A DNA stretch of 53,699 bases, counting the filler, from Jimgerdemannia flammicorona (lineage: Eukaryota), in NCBI GenBank assembly GCA_003990765.1. It is 3 parts of 3 records of this genome, joined end to end, with 100 filler letters (N's around TTAATTAATTAA, not from the genome) between each part and the next. Parts side by side here need not be neighbours in the genome. Positions count along the whole stretch, not along the records: positions 35,869 to 53,699 come from RBNJ01002391.1; 2 more parts are not named here. One strand, given 5' to 3'. The notes under the pieces were generated by a model, which saw only the letters and a program-made list of their open reading frames with translations, had not been told where the DNA came from and made no database searches. A program made the translations under genes and the position numbers. This document shows, piece by piece, positions 37,633 through 50,900 of this stretch; the first letter of the stretch is position 1; every line of letters begins with the position of its first letter.

Positions 37633-38068
37633 TATAATAGTTCTAGGTTCTTTAAGAGAAAGTAGCTAAATATGAAAAGATCTACCAGGTCTAAAGTAGC
37701 TTAAAGAGTTATTTATATATTTAAATAGTCTTAAAGAAAATATTTGAGTAAAGAAAGAGGATATTATAGATCTAAAAGAAAGATCTGGAATAATCTTAGA
37801 AATAAAAAGAGAAGTCAAGAAAGTAGTTTTTAGTAAAGATAACTAATATAATTCTATAATATTCCAAAGATTCTATACCTAGCTAAGATAAGATACTTAG
37901 TACTGAGAAAAGACAAAAATATTGTAATAGAGTCTTAGTATTAAGAGAGGATTTCCAAGCATTTAGAAAATAGTAGAATATTGTAGAATATTTAAGAAAA
38001 GATAGAAAAAGACTAGAGAAAAGATATAAAAATATATTATAACTAAGATATAACTAATAAATTATTAT
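37633..38068 (-). mobile_element. Strongly decayed inverted LTR of the Gypsy B family
   Basis: Reverse complement aligns by eye along 21224-21684. Confidence 0.75.
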
Positions 38069-38074
38069 AGTACT

Positions 38075-38400
38075 ATATTATCTCTTAAGATATATAAAAA
38101 TAGTCATAAAGAAATTAAAAGAACTACTTATGTACCTAAAAAGTTATTCAATCTAATAAGTAATCTTAGCTCATCAGTTCTATTTATTAAGAAAAAGAAT
38201 AAACTCTATAAATATATATAGACTACTATATATTCAACAAACTTATAGTCAAGAACTGATATCTAGCATTTTTTATTAATCAAATCTTTGATACTCTCAA
38301 GAATATCAAATACTTTACTAAACTAGATCTTATGTCTGAATATTACTAAATTCAAATTAAGCTAGAAGATATCTCTAAAACTTTTATAACTTCTTTAGAC
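38075..38400 (+). mobile_element. Decayed Gypsy RT fragment, B-like
   Basis: Colinear with about 23820-24150 (INQIFDTLKNIKYFTKLDL..IQIKLEDI). Confidence 0.8.
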
Positions 38401-38501
38401 TATTAATCCAATTAAAAGGTTTAAATATTAATAAATAATTCTTCTCAGTAGTTATTAAAGATATCTGACTTAAGTCATTTAAAACTAATAAATATACATA
38501 A

Positions 38502-38976
38502 TGTGATGGTACAGCCAGATTTGGAAGAAGGAAATAGAGAATAGACACTTGATCACACCCATTCCCAAAGTAGTATAGCATTATAAGTTAGCAGTCCTCG
38601 ATTTCGACGTTGTCTAAATTCTTAGACATTGTCTAAATTTTAGACATTATCCAAATCGAATACCCGATTTAGTATAGCATTTAGACATTGTCCAAATGTT
38701 TCGACAAAGTCCAAATGACTTATTTATTACTTAGCCACCCTCTCATAGCTAGCAAACTTGTATAAATAACCCAGTATCTTTGAGTGAATAAACCTCAGAT
38801 CAAAATAGTTCAAAGCAAAGAGATAGCAAAGGAACTAGTAAGCCTGCGGGCAGATATACTTCGAACTCACCCACCTCCCCTGCTACTTCAAGAGACTCTG
38901 CGAGAGTCAGAACAGTCAAGTTTTCAAGATACAGAAATCTGACATACTTTCAAGAGTAAGCATCTGCTACATTATA
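38502..38976 (+). mobile_element. Solo LTR of the Gypsy A family
   Basis: Starts TGTGATGG; 3' half closely matches the reverse complement of about 12510-12750; TATAAATA and AATAAA present; retains several CpG. No clear TSD. Confidence 0.85.
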
Positions 38977-40355
38977 ATATTTAGCTATAGATCCAAGCTT
39001 AGAACTAAGTCTGAGTATATACTTAGAGAGAGTATATACTTAGAGAATATATTTAGGAAGGGTAAACTATATAAAGTTAAAATAAATATTTGGCCTATAA
39101 TTTAAGACCAATATAGTAACTAGTCTCTGATTTAAGACTACTATCTAATTTTATAGATCTTGGACTCAATATTTCAATAAATAAAAATCTGTAAAATAAT
39201 CAAATAATATAATAAACTATATATTTAAAATAAATAAAGATATAATTATAAAAATAAAACAAAAATAAAAAAAATTAATTCTCTCTAAGATTTGAATCAG
39301 ACTTTAAATCTAGGATAGTTAGAGTCTCATAACCCTTACTCAATAGTCTAACAAATAGACCAGAGAACTATTTTAATTATTTTTAGTATAATTTTAATGA
39401 TAACTATTAGAAATAATTATTAAAAATGATATTAATTATCAATATAAAGTAGTCGTTATAGAAAAGCAACACTCACTATCCATATTACTAACTCTTATTC
39501 ACATTCTCTTATATTCAACTTCCTTTAGTATCATTAGAGTAAGTAAAGAGAGCTTTAGTTTTTAGAGTAGTCTGAAGAAGAGAGGTTGATATAGTTATTA
39601 GTTTTTGTTACTAGAGAAAGAGAGGTTAGCATAGTTATTAATTTTTGTCACTAGGGAAAAAAGATTAATATAATATTATTAGAGAAGATTTTTAGTATAG
39701 TTATATATTAATTTTTATTACTAGATTGACTCTCACTTGTATTCTCTTATATTTACAGTCCTTTAGACTTCATTTAGCATCATTAGAGTAAGTACAGAGA
39801 GCTTCAGTTTTTGATGTAGTCTGGAGAAAAAAAGTTTGATTTTTATCACTAGAGAAGAGAGATTGATATAGTTATCAATTTTTGTCACTAGAGAAGAAAG
39901 GTTGGTACAGTTATAGATTTTTGTCACTAGAGAAGAAAGATTGATACAGTTATCAATTCTTATCACTGAATAAACTCTTATATATATTCTCATATTTCTT
40001 AGACTTCCTCTAATATTACCAGAGTAAGTAGAGAGAGCTTCAGTTTTTGAAATAGTCTAGAGAAGAGATGGTTATTGATTTTTATCACTAAAGAGTAAAT
40101 ATTGGTATAGTTATCAATTTTTATCACTAGAGAAGAGATGTTGGTACAGTTATTGATTCACTAGAGAAGAGAGGTTGGCATGGTTATCAATTTTTGTTAC
40201 TAGAGAAGAGAGGTTGGTATAGTTATCAATTTTTATTACTAGAGAAGAGAGGTTGGTATAGTTATCAATTTTTATCACTAGAGAAAAGAAATTAGTATGG
40301 TTATTATATTTTTGTCACTAAAGAAGAGAGGTTGGCATAGTTATCAATTTTTGTT

Positions 40356-41898
40356 CTTCTTTTTGATCTCCACTCTAAGGGTTTATATCTACAGATTTTA
40401 GTCTATCAAATGGCTGACTCAGAATCAGCCAATAGTTATGATAGAGCTTCTAAATAAATCAAATCAATTCAAATCAAATCAAATTGAGAGTAATTTGAAT
40501 TGAATCAAATTGGGGATTTTTCAATTCAAATTGAGTTCCAATTCAAATTGTTCAAATTGAATTGAGGTCTGATTTGATTTGAAATTGAAAGTCAAACTTT
40601 GAAATGCAATAACTTAATGAAAATATATCCAAATTTGATGAATTTTAGTTTTTTAGATTTGCCTTGATAAGGTGAATCTAATATAATAAAGATTATTAAA
40701 TCTGGACATTCTTCTATCAAGTTATTGAATTTTAAATATATGGGTTTGAATTAAAATTTGAATTAAATTAGACCTTGATTTAATTTGAATTAAATTGAAT
40801 TGGGCCTCAATTTAATTTGTTGGGAGCACTAAGTTATATTGGATATAGTGGTTTTGGATGTAGTCATAGTGATGATAGAGGATGTAAATATAGTGGCAAA
40901 AGAAGTCATGGTTATAGCTATGATGATTATTATAGCTATAGTGATAATATAGATAAGGAGTGAATCTCTGTTACTAAACCCAGTCACCTTGTCAAGGATA
41001 GTAAGATCAAGACTATTGAAGAGATCTATCTATTTTCTCTCCCCATCAATAAGTATCAAATTATCAATTTCTTTCTCTCTAAGTTAAAGGATGAGGTCAT
41101 GAAGATCATACCTATATAGAAGCAGACTTATACTGGTCAGTGCACCTGCTTCAAGGCCTTTATTGTCATTGGTAACTTCAATGGGTATATTAGTCTTGGT
41201 GTTAAGTACTCTAAGAAAGTCACCACTACTATCTATAATATCATTATTTTTACTAAGTTATCAATTATTTCTATCTATCATAGCTACTAAAGTTCAGCTC
41301 TTAATAAGCCTCATACTGTTTCCTTCAAGATTACCAGCAAGTACAGTTCTTTGATCTGTCATCTCATCTCTGTCTCTTATAGTATCAGTATTATTGTCAC
41401 TCTAAACCCTAAGAAGCTCTTGTAGCTCATTGATATCACTAACTACTATATTACTTCTTATGGCTCCACCCATACTTTGGGCAACTTCATTAAGACTATA
41501 TTTGCTGCTATTGGTAACATCTATGTCTTCCTGACTCCTGACTTATAGGCTCTGAGTACATATATTATGAGTCTCTTCCAAAAGTATATTAACCTTTTAG
41601 CCCAAAAGCAAAGAAAGTATAGAGTCCTAAGATATGAAATTCTGATAAAATAAACATATGAGATTCATCTAACTAATAGATATTTTATCCTAATAATAAT
41701 GAAAAAAATAAAAAAGATCTAAAGTTGTGCCTTCTTTTTATTGTAAAAATCCTTTCAGTTTTTATTGTTCAGATTCAGAGTTTCTTTTAATTAGATATAT
41801 TGCCTCTTTTTATCTTTCTCTCATCTTTTCTTACTTTTAGACTATAGTATATAGATAGTGTTTTTATTGAATATTATTCTCTAAATAATATAAAGCTG

Positions 41899-41938
<40 letters not shown>

Positions 41939-41988
41939 TGAATAAACAATTCTCCATTAGTATAGTAAGACATAAACAGTAAAAAAAA
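40356..41988 (+). pseudogene. RPS2: Processed pseudogene of 40S ribosomal protein S2 (uS5)
   Basis: ATG at 40410 (MADSESAN..); decayed RG-rich region; [62 protein letters not shown] to about 41630. No introns; AATAAA at 41941, A8 at 41981-41988, flanking duplication TTATCAATTTTTGTT (40341-40355 and 41989-42003). Confidence 0.95.
40442..40831. mobile_element. hAT-like MITE inserted in the RPS2 retrocopy
   Basis: Imperfect TIRs TAGAGCTTCTAAATAAAT / ATTTGTTGGGAGCACTA; AATCA/AATTG pentamer subterminal repeats; 8-bp TSD-like AGTTATGA/AGTTATAT; splits the RPS2 coding sequence. Confidence 0.8.
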
Positions 41989-42559
41989 TTATCAATTTTT
42001 GTTACTAAAGAAGAGAGATTGATATATATAATTATTAATTTTTATCACTAGAGAAGAAAGATTAGTATGGTTATTAATTTTTATTATTAGAGAAGAGAGG
42101 TTGATATGGTTTTTAATTTTTGTCACTAGATTGACTCTTATTTGTATTCTTATATTCCTTTAGACTTCCTCTAGTATTGCTAGAGTAAGTAGAGAGAGCT
42201 TCAGTTTTTGGAGTAGTTTGGAGAAGGGAGAAAATTGGCACAGTTATTAATTTTTATTACTAAAGAAGAAATATTTATATAGTTATTAATTTTATTACTA
42301 GAGAAGAGAGATTGGCACAGTTATTAATTTTTGTTACTAAAGAAGAGAGGTTGACATAGTTATCAATTTTTGTTACTAAATTAACTCTTACTTATATTCT
42401 TATATTTATTTGAACTTCCTCTAGCATTACTAGAGTAAGTAGAGAGAGCTTCAGTTTTTAGAGTAGTCTGGAGAAGAGAGATTAGCACAGTTATCAATTT
42501 TTATTACTAGATTGACTCTTACTTGTATTTTTATATTTCTTAAGACTTCTTCTAGTGTT

Positions 42560-45500
42560 TGTTAGAAAGAGGGACATTTTTATTAGTTTGCATAGGATGT
42601 ATATTTCATGCATTACTGATGGATGATATAAGACTGATAAAATTACCAATTATATGTTGATATATTAAGTTGCCATTCCAACACTCCTATCCAATGAGAT
42701 ATGTATACAAAAAAAATACAAAATATATTCAAAAAGGAAGAATAGAATGTAAACTAGAGAAAGAAAAAAAAAGAGGAGCTAGAACTACATGTAATCTAAA
42801 TATTAAAATATAAAATTCTATATTTAAGAAATTTTTGCAAATTGAAAAGTATTCCAAAATATCTAAAATATTTGCAGAAATGTACTATAATGTTATTTAC
42901 TTATAGGTGAGGAATGCAATCAATGTATATGTGGTATAAGACTTTTAATAGCCTGAAAAGTATCCTATGATCAATCAAGTACTAGTATGAGATCTATTCC
43001 TTTAGTGCATTGTTTGAACTTTGGCTTTAGAAGAGCTTTAGTAAGTAAATCTGCAATCATATACTCTATAGAGATATATTCCAAGTATATAGTGCTGTTT
43101 TCTATATATTAGTAAATAAAATGGTGCTATATATCAATGTACTTTATTCTGCTATAATATATTGAGTTCTTAGCAAGCAATATCATTAATTAGTTATCTT
43201 ATTTGATCAGTATAGAGTTCTCCTGAGTAAAGCTGAGCTTCTTTAAAAGTTTGTAGAGTCAAATGACTTTCTTTGTTATCAATGACAATATCTGGTACTC
43301 TGCCTATATTGAGGATATTACTATGGAACTCTGCTTATATATTTGCTATGAAATGATAGATCTTTAGTTACTAATGTAGAAGAGGTATCCAGTTATAGAC
43401 TGGCAGTCATCTAAGTCTCTAGCCCAATCAGTATTATATATATCAGATAGCCAGATGCCATTGCTCTTGCTATTGCTCTTGTCATTGCTTCTGCTTAATC
43501 TAATGTTGCCACCTAGCATAAATATATAGTATGCTGATTCTTTTAAATATCTAAGTATCTTCTTAATTGTCATCCAATATAAATTATCATAGTATGAGAA
43601 ATACTATATCACCTTATTCATAGCATATGATATATATATGTCAGACCTCATTCTTAGTATAAGATATATAATAGAACTGATTGCTTGTTGGTAGGGAATA
43701 TTGTTGGCAGTATTCTTGGTAAGTATATTATCATTATCTGTCTTAAGCATATTGTTAGGCTTCCTTAATTTTACAGAAGTAGCCATTGAAGTACCAATAG
43801 ACTTGCAATCACTCATATTGAAGTATTTGAGAATGACTTTGGTATAAGTTTCTTAAAAGAGGTATATAGTACATATATTCCTATTACAGATGATAGATAT
43901 CCCCAAAAGAAAGGATGTATCACCCATGTCAGTTATCTTGAATTCTTGGTATAGAGTTTCCTTTACTCCATTAAGCCTATTCTTACTAGCTATAATGATG
44001 ATATCATCAACCCATATATCAATGAATACTACACCATTATTATAATACTAGATATATATGCAATTGTCTGCTTCACAATACTTGAATTCATTGTTGAGGA
44101 GATGTTTATCAATTCTTTTATTTCATAGATGTACCACTTGTTTAATACTATATAATCTTTTATATAATCTGTATATGAGATCACTATTCTGATTGTTGTA
44201 TAGTTCATATTCTTGTGGTTAACAAATATATAGTTCAGTATCTATATCACTGTTCAGAAAGGCTGTCTTAATATCTATCAGATAGATTTCTAGATTGTAT
44301 AGTATACTGATCACAAGGAGTATTCTAAGTAAAGTAAGCTTGAATACTGGCAAAAATATTTCATCATAATCTATATCATAATCGTATAAGTAACTCTTAG
44401 CAATGAAGTGAGCTTTATACTGCTCTACATTATTATTAATATTGTACTTTATTCTATATATCCATCTTGATCCAATTGCTTGATGGTTTGGCAGAAGAGA
44501 TACCAGATCCTACATACTATTCTTAATGAGTGAATCACATTCCTCATCTATACCTTGTTTCTATTTCTTGCTATCAGGATTGGTTATAGCTTCATCATAT
44601 GTGCTTGGCTTACTGGAAGATATTACAATATATGTACATTCATATACTTCAGTATAGCTCATATGGTCCTTATATTGCTATTGAGAGCTTAATAGTATAT
44701 CCTAATAATTTCCCAATTCTGAATGAGTTTCTTGCCAAATATTTGAGCACTTTTTACTCTTTGTAGAGGTAGAGAATCCCTCATTATTGGAGAATTCACC
44801 ACTATCTTCATCTTTGATCTCTATTATCCTTGGCTCAGACTTTGATATATGTATATAGTGATTGAAAATAATTTGATTGACTGCTAGAGAGGTAGATGCT
44901 GGGTATTATATTTGCACTAGCTGGAATATAGATGTAGAGGTTTTAACCAGTACTTCTACATAGAGTTTCAAGCTATTTTCTTTTTCTCTGAACTATATGT
45001 TATACAAAATAACTATATACTGCTTACATGGACCCTATAGTCAGTACACTTTACCAGAATACCCAAGAAATTTGTGTTTGCTCACTTTGGATTTGAATTT
45101 ATCCTAGATAGTATTGCTTTTAATAAGGATATATGCCTCACAACACAATATTCATAGATGGGATACATTGTGTTTAGATCTGCTTCATAATTCTTCAGAG
45201 GTAAGATCATTATCCCTGAAATACTTGTTATTGTTGCTAGCATCCTTACTTAGTGATTGAGATATATACTGATTGCATATATACACTATGGTGCTTATTG
45301 CTTTAGCCCAATAAGAATATGATAGTCTGGTAGCATTGATTATCATATATACTATTTCTATGGCTATATAGTTAAATTACTCAGCTATACCATTTGGTTA
45401 AGATATATAGAGAGCTGTTGTTTAATAACTTATATCATGTTTTATCAGGAACTACTTGAATATATTGTTGATATATTCATATGTATCTATTGTCTGATCA

Positions 45501-47797
45501 TATAGTATATATTCTATATCTAGTTTTATTTTTGGTGATCACTTTGAATTCTATAAATTTATCTAAGGCTTCACTCTTTATTAATAGGAGATATACATAT
45601 ACCTTATACATATGATTATTAATGAATGTGAGAAAGTATTTCTTGCCAGAATATGACAGAGTATACATATATCAGCCTACATATATCTATATATACAAGG
45701 ACAAGAATCCTAGATATATACTCTAATCATTCTTTAAATAGTTGTTGAGATACTTTGTTTACTATACAATCTTTGCAGAAACTATTATACAGATATACTG
45801 CTAGTAATTCTCTAACGGATCCACTCCTTATCATTCATTTGAGACTTGTCTTGCTAATATATCCTAAGTATTGATACTATATATTAGATATATCAGATAT
45901 AGTTATCACATATGCAGAGGCTTTTGTACTACTCAGTGTGCTGTTGATTGTATAAAGATTGTTATATTTCAAGGCTTTTATTAATCTCTTATTATTATAT
46001 AAATCATATACTCTTATACTTTTTGAATATATATGTATATATCTCTTTATTGCTATGGATCATCATTTTGCCTATGAAGAAGAGGTTCTTTTCCATCTTT
46101 AGAGTATATAGTATATCCATAAGAGTAGTATAGGCTCAATAATATTTCTATAGAGATGTATGTCAACATTTCTCTTTCCTTGAGTATAGATGCCATTATT
46201 ATCTCCCAACTTGATAGATATAGGGTATTCAAACAATTGATATATAGAGAACCATTCTCTGTGTAGTATTATATATTGTATGACTCCAGAATCCATTAAC
46301 TAGATATTATTATCATTAGCTACATTTGCTGTATATTTGATAGATGTATAGTTGGCAGTTTTTCTATCTATGCTGCTGACAGTATTAATGTTATTACTAC
46401 TTTTCATTAGCCTAAAAGTATTTCACTAACTGGTATTTGTAGATGATGAGTTGGTGAATTTGACAGTTGAAATACTTATAGATATTAATCTTGTACTGGC
46501 AGAGCTAGTGAAACTAGTGCTGGCAGTAAATTTGGTTGGATTTTTTGAACCAAAATTATCATCTTTGTCAGACATCATAGATATAGAGGGACTGGCAGCT
46601 TGTATAAAAAATAGATTACTACTTTTATCAGTTTTAGTGGTATTTGTATATATTACCACATTTCTCTCAATAGTTTCTGCTACTTCCACATTGCTAACAC
46701 TGGCTTTTTCTGTACTTATTTTCATTTTTCCAGCAATAGCATTGATGTTTTCTATATTCATACTTACTACAGTATTCACAGTAACTATTATACTTAGTTG
46801 ATTAGCTGAATTAGTTATCATATGGATTTTGGGTTTAAGGTCATTGGCCTTATTGTTGACTATGCTTTTGACCTTATTTGGTACTATATATATGGAACCC
46901 ATAGAATGCCCTTTCATCATCATTGTCTTTGGTATCATTTCCTTTGCACATTTCCTCATTTATAAGGCTTATTATTATGTATATATAGTCTGTAAGAGTA
47001 CTACTCTCATGTATGGCTATGATGACAACATTATATGCATCTGAAAGTCCTCTTGTAAGTACTATAACCTTATCTTTATTGCTAATATAATCTGCAGATA
47101 TTCTGAGAGAATTCACTTAATTCACCAGATTGTCAATATGACTGGTATATTTACAAATACTCTTCTTAGACTTTATTTAGAAATTGAATAGCTGAGATTT
47201 TAGGTGGAATCTATTTGATGCAGATGCTTATATATAATGATTATATAGAGCTTTCCATACCTCATTGACTATTATAGCATATATTATGAGCTTTATTTAC
47301 AAGTTTGATAATATATATATAATCTTGCATAATGCTTGATAATTATTTGTAGGATCATAGTCTTGAATCTGCACTTATGGCTTTATATACTCTACCAAGC
47401 TACATTCATTAAGGAAATTTGTTATATAGAATGCTCAGATGGCATAATCTTTCCTGTTGAAGATCAGGATAGACCTTTTGGCTATTTTTATACTTATAAT
47501 AGAGACTGCTTTCATTGCCAAAATACTTGCAATTGGTATTTCTGTATTGCTAGGTTATTTATTACTTAACATTTCTAGTATATATTGTATAGTTTATATT
47601 TATAAGATGTATGTATTTTATTATTATTTTTTTTTACTATATCTACTTAGTACTAGCAGAGCTCATAACCTTTGTTGGAAAGAGGGGTGTTTTTATTGAG
47701 TTTGCATAGGACATATATTTCACACATTACTGATAGATGATATAAGACTGATGAAATCACTAATTATATATTAATATATTGAGTTACTATCTCAATA
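42560..47797 (-). mobile_element. Full-length decayed Ty1/Copia retrotransposon
   Basis: LTRs at 42560-42683 and 47673-47797; TSD GTGTT/GTATT; PBS GGTTATGAGCTC; RT DIKTAFLN and IWVDDI; RNase H DWARDLDDCQSITGY, KYIDI and MIADLLTKAL. Confidence 0.95.
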
Positions 47798-47929
47798 GTA
47801 TTAGTAGAGTAAGTAGAGAGAGCTTTAGTTTTTAGAGTAGTCTGAAGAAGAAAGATTGATATCAATATCATCTTTCTCCAGTATCATTCGGGTTACACAA
47901 TCTTTGAAAAGCACTTACAACATTATTTT

Positions 47930-50900
47930 TAAAGAAAAGAGACTAACAACATAGTGACCAATAGGTAATCTGAGATATGTACTGGATAGGGTGGCCCTAG
48001 CATATTCAACTGGCAGTATGTGGAGTGAGGCCCTGGTCTGGGGGGAGGTATGAGGGGGCTGCTGGTGGGAGGATACAGAAGGAGAGGAGGCAGTGGTAGA
48101 GGATAGGAGTCTGGGAGGATGAGCTTTGTGGAGACAGTGAAGGGGAGATAGCAGGCATCTGGGTTGGAGGAATGGCTGAGGAAAGGCAAGGAGATAGAGA
48201 AGGCAGCAGTTCATGGGGGAGTAGTCCTTGGCAGTGGGGGCAGTGGAGCTGGGAGTGTAGTGGCTGGAGTGAGCATGACAGCTGATGGTGATGGGACTGC
48301 TAATCTGGAAAAAAATCCAGATATGTCTACTGATGGCATAGCTGAGTAGCAGGGGCTTGAAGGGTAGGGGGATTTGGCAGATGGTGTGATGGGCCTGGTG
48401 GTGGCCCTGTTACTCAAAAAATTGATCTTGATATTCATAGTTACACTGTGCTTCTGAGGTCTAGCAGTGATGGTAAAAATAGTACTAAGACTTATCACTA
48501 AGCAGGTGGCTGGAGCAGTATTGGTAAAGTTTCTGAAGGGATTAGAGGGAGTGAAGGTGGGCTTTGAGGAGGCTGAGTCTTTGGAGGAGGCACTGAAGAT
48601 TGATTTGACTGTTGGAGAGGTGTGTGTCTCTATAGCATGTTGCCTAAGATGGGATCCCAGGGTAGTACAACTGCTGGTGAAAGGAGTACCCATGGTAATG
48701 GTAGAGTATGAAGAGGTGGTAGATATTGGATTCAGGATCTGGGAAGGGACTTCACTTAGGACTGGGGATGTTGACATACAGATTCAGCTGACAGAGAAGG
48801 AAGCTACTGGGAAGGTGAGAGACTGACCTTTGGTGATGGTCTGGGGGGCAATCTTGTTCAAGGTGATGAGGGTGAAGGAGAGTGAGGAGGAGGAAGAGGA
48901 CTTGTTAGAAGTACTGGAAGAGCTGAGTGGTGTGGTGGAGTGGTGGGTGAAGACTTGGAAGGCTTTTGTAGAGTTGACACACTTAGAGGTAGTAGATGGG
49001 AAGCAGATTCAAGTAGACAAGGAGCAGTGGGAAAGAGCTCAGGGATATAAGCATCAGAAGGAGCTGTTGGCTAAGCTGAAAGGTAGATCACAGAAGGATA
49101 CAGGTGGAATGGTGGAGACAGGGGGGGCCAAAGTGAGTGTCTGGGCTGGCAAGGATGGCAGGAGTACAGGGAAGGAGACAGGAGAGGACCAGGAAGTGAC
49201 TAGCAATAACCTGTATGCTGATGGTATGTTTGAGGTCTGAGAGGAGGTCTGAGAGGGATTGCCTACCCCTACTCCTCTTATCAGGTAAGGTCCAGCTTCC
49301 CAAAGCAGAGTGGTAGAGGATGTACCAATACAGGGGGCCCAGTGAGTGCAATTTGGAGTTCCCAAGGTAGCAAATGGGGGACAAGTAGTGGTGGTTGGAG
49401 AGGAGGAACTAGTGGATATCTCGGAGGTATGAGATGAGTCTGTAAGTACCAGGGCTGACACCATATATTGGATGGAGGGAGACCAGCAACTCCTGGGGGG
49501 AAGGAGGTGGGGAATCTACTTTGGATGTACAGGATGATAAATAATCTGATAGCTGAAGAGTTGGGGGAAGTGGATCTGAGAGTAATGAGTAATGAGCATT
49601 GGGCACAGATCCTACAGGAGGATGGAGTGGAGTTGGCATTGAAGGTGGAAATCCTTGCAGTATATCTGGAGGAGGAAGGGTATGAGATAGATAAGGAGTG
49701 GGAGGTAGAGCTGGCAGGGGTTGCTGGTGAGAGAGCTAAATACTACTAGATCAAGCATCATGGATTGTAGCTCTGACAGAAGGCCTGCCTGGAGTATTAA
49801 GAGGAGTTTGAGGAGAAGGCAGATGGGGAGATAAATGAGCTATTGGCTGAATTGGAGGCTCAGAGGGCTGAAGAGGAAGAGGTGACTGTGGAATATAATT
49901 TAGACATAGTGCAGGAAGAGATGAGCATGGAGCAGTAGGGATGAACTAGATAATACACTATATTTCATTATTAATAGTACAACCAACATTCTCTCTTTGA
50001 ATGTGAATGGGTTACAGGGTGCTTCTTGACATAGGAACATTTTTACTTGGCTGAAGGGATTGGAGGCCAATCTCTTCTTCTTACAGGATATCAGGTGTGA
50101 GGATAACTTGGATAGGCTGAAATGATTGAAGGAATGGAGAGGTGAGGCAGTTTGGAAGGACAAGGTTGGGATTCTGGTCTGAAAAGACAGAGGGGAGATA
50201 TGAGATATAAGGAGCTAGAGGGATAGATTGGTCTGGGGAAAGTGGATATATACAGATTGGGAGCCAGTCACAGTGGGTTCCTGTTACTGCTCTTCTGTAC
50301 AGAGTGAGTATGTAGATTGGGTGAAGGGTCTCTAGGAGAGTGGGATCCTTGTAGAGGCTGGGGTGGATATACTTGGTAGAGACTTCAATATGGTCCAGGA
50401 TATGTATACTGATAGATAGAACAGATGGCAGATGGAGAGCTGAGAGTAAGAGTGGAGGGCTGATGGCATGGGAGAATGTGGAAAGGCTAGGTGCTCTGGT
50501 AGATGCTGGTAGAGAGTATTGGGGGGATAGGGGAGTATACATGCACTGGGCAGGGGGTCTGGAGATGAGGATTGACTAGATGTTGATGGCCAGCTGCTGG
50601 GGCTTGGATGTTTAGAAGTCACTAGAGGTGGAATGGTGTCCTTGGTCAGATCATTGAGAGCTGTTAGAGCAGGGGCATTTTGGGGGGAGTGGGGATGGGC
50701 CTGGACATTGGCATCTCAATTCCTCTTTATTAGATAATAGGATCTGGTGAGATGAGTAGACTGAAGACATTCAACTGAAGGTGGAGAGCTGGAGGCAGAA
50801 AGGTGCCCCAGTTGGTGTTCAGTAGATGAGAATGAAAGAGATGGCCAGGGTCTACTGGAGTGAGGCTGGCAGGGAGGCTGGGAAGCAGAGGAGGTGATGG

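Larger units (their letters stand above)
39480..42559. repeat. Compound satellite (about 125-bp monomer with an internal 39-bp sub-repeat); resumes at 47798-47885
   Basis: CTAGAGAAGAGAGGTTGG recurs at 40161, 40200 and 40239; interrupted by the RPS2 retrocopy and by the Copia. Confidence 0.9.

Noticed and set aside
39763..39993. LRR-like peptide IDNCINLSSL
   Set aside because: Comes from the 39-bp satellite; a 13-aa period is too short for an LRR and neighbouring units break frame.
46426..47116. Standalone ORFs of 71-177 aa
   Set aside because: Alternative frames or fragments of decayed Copia gag.
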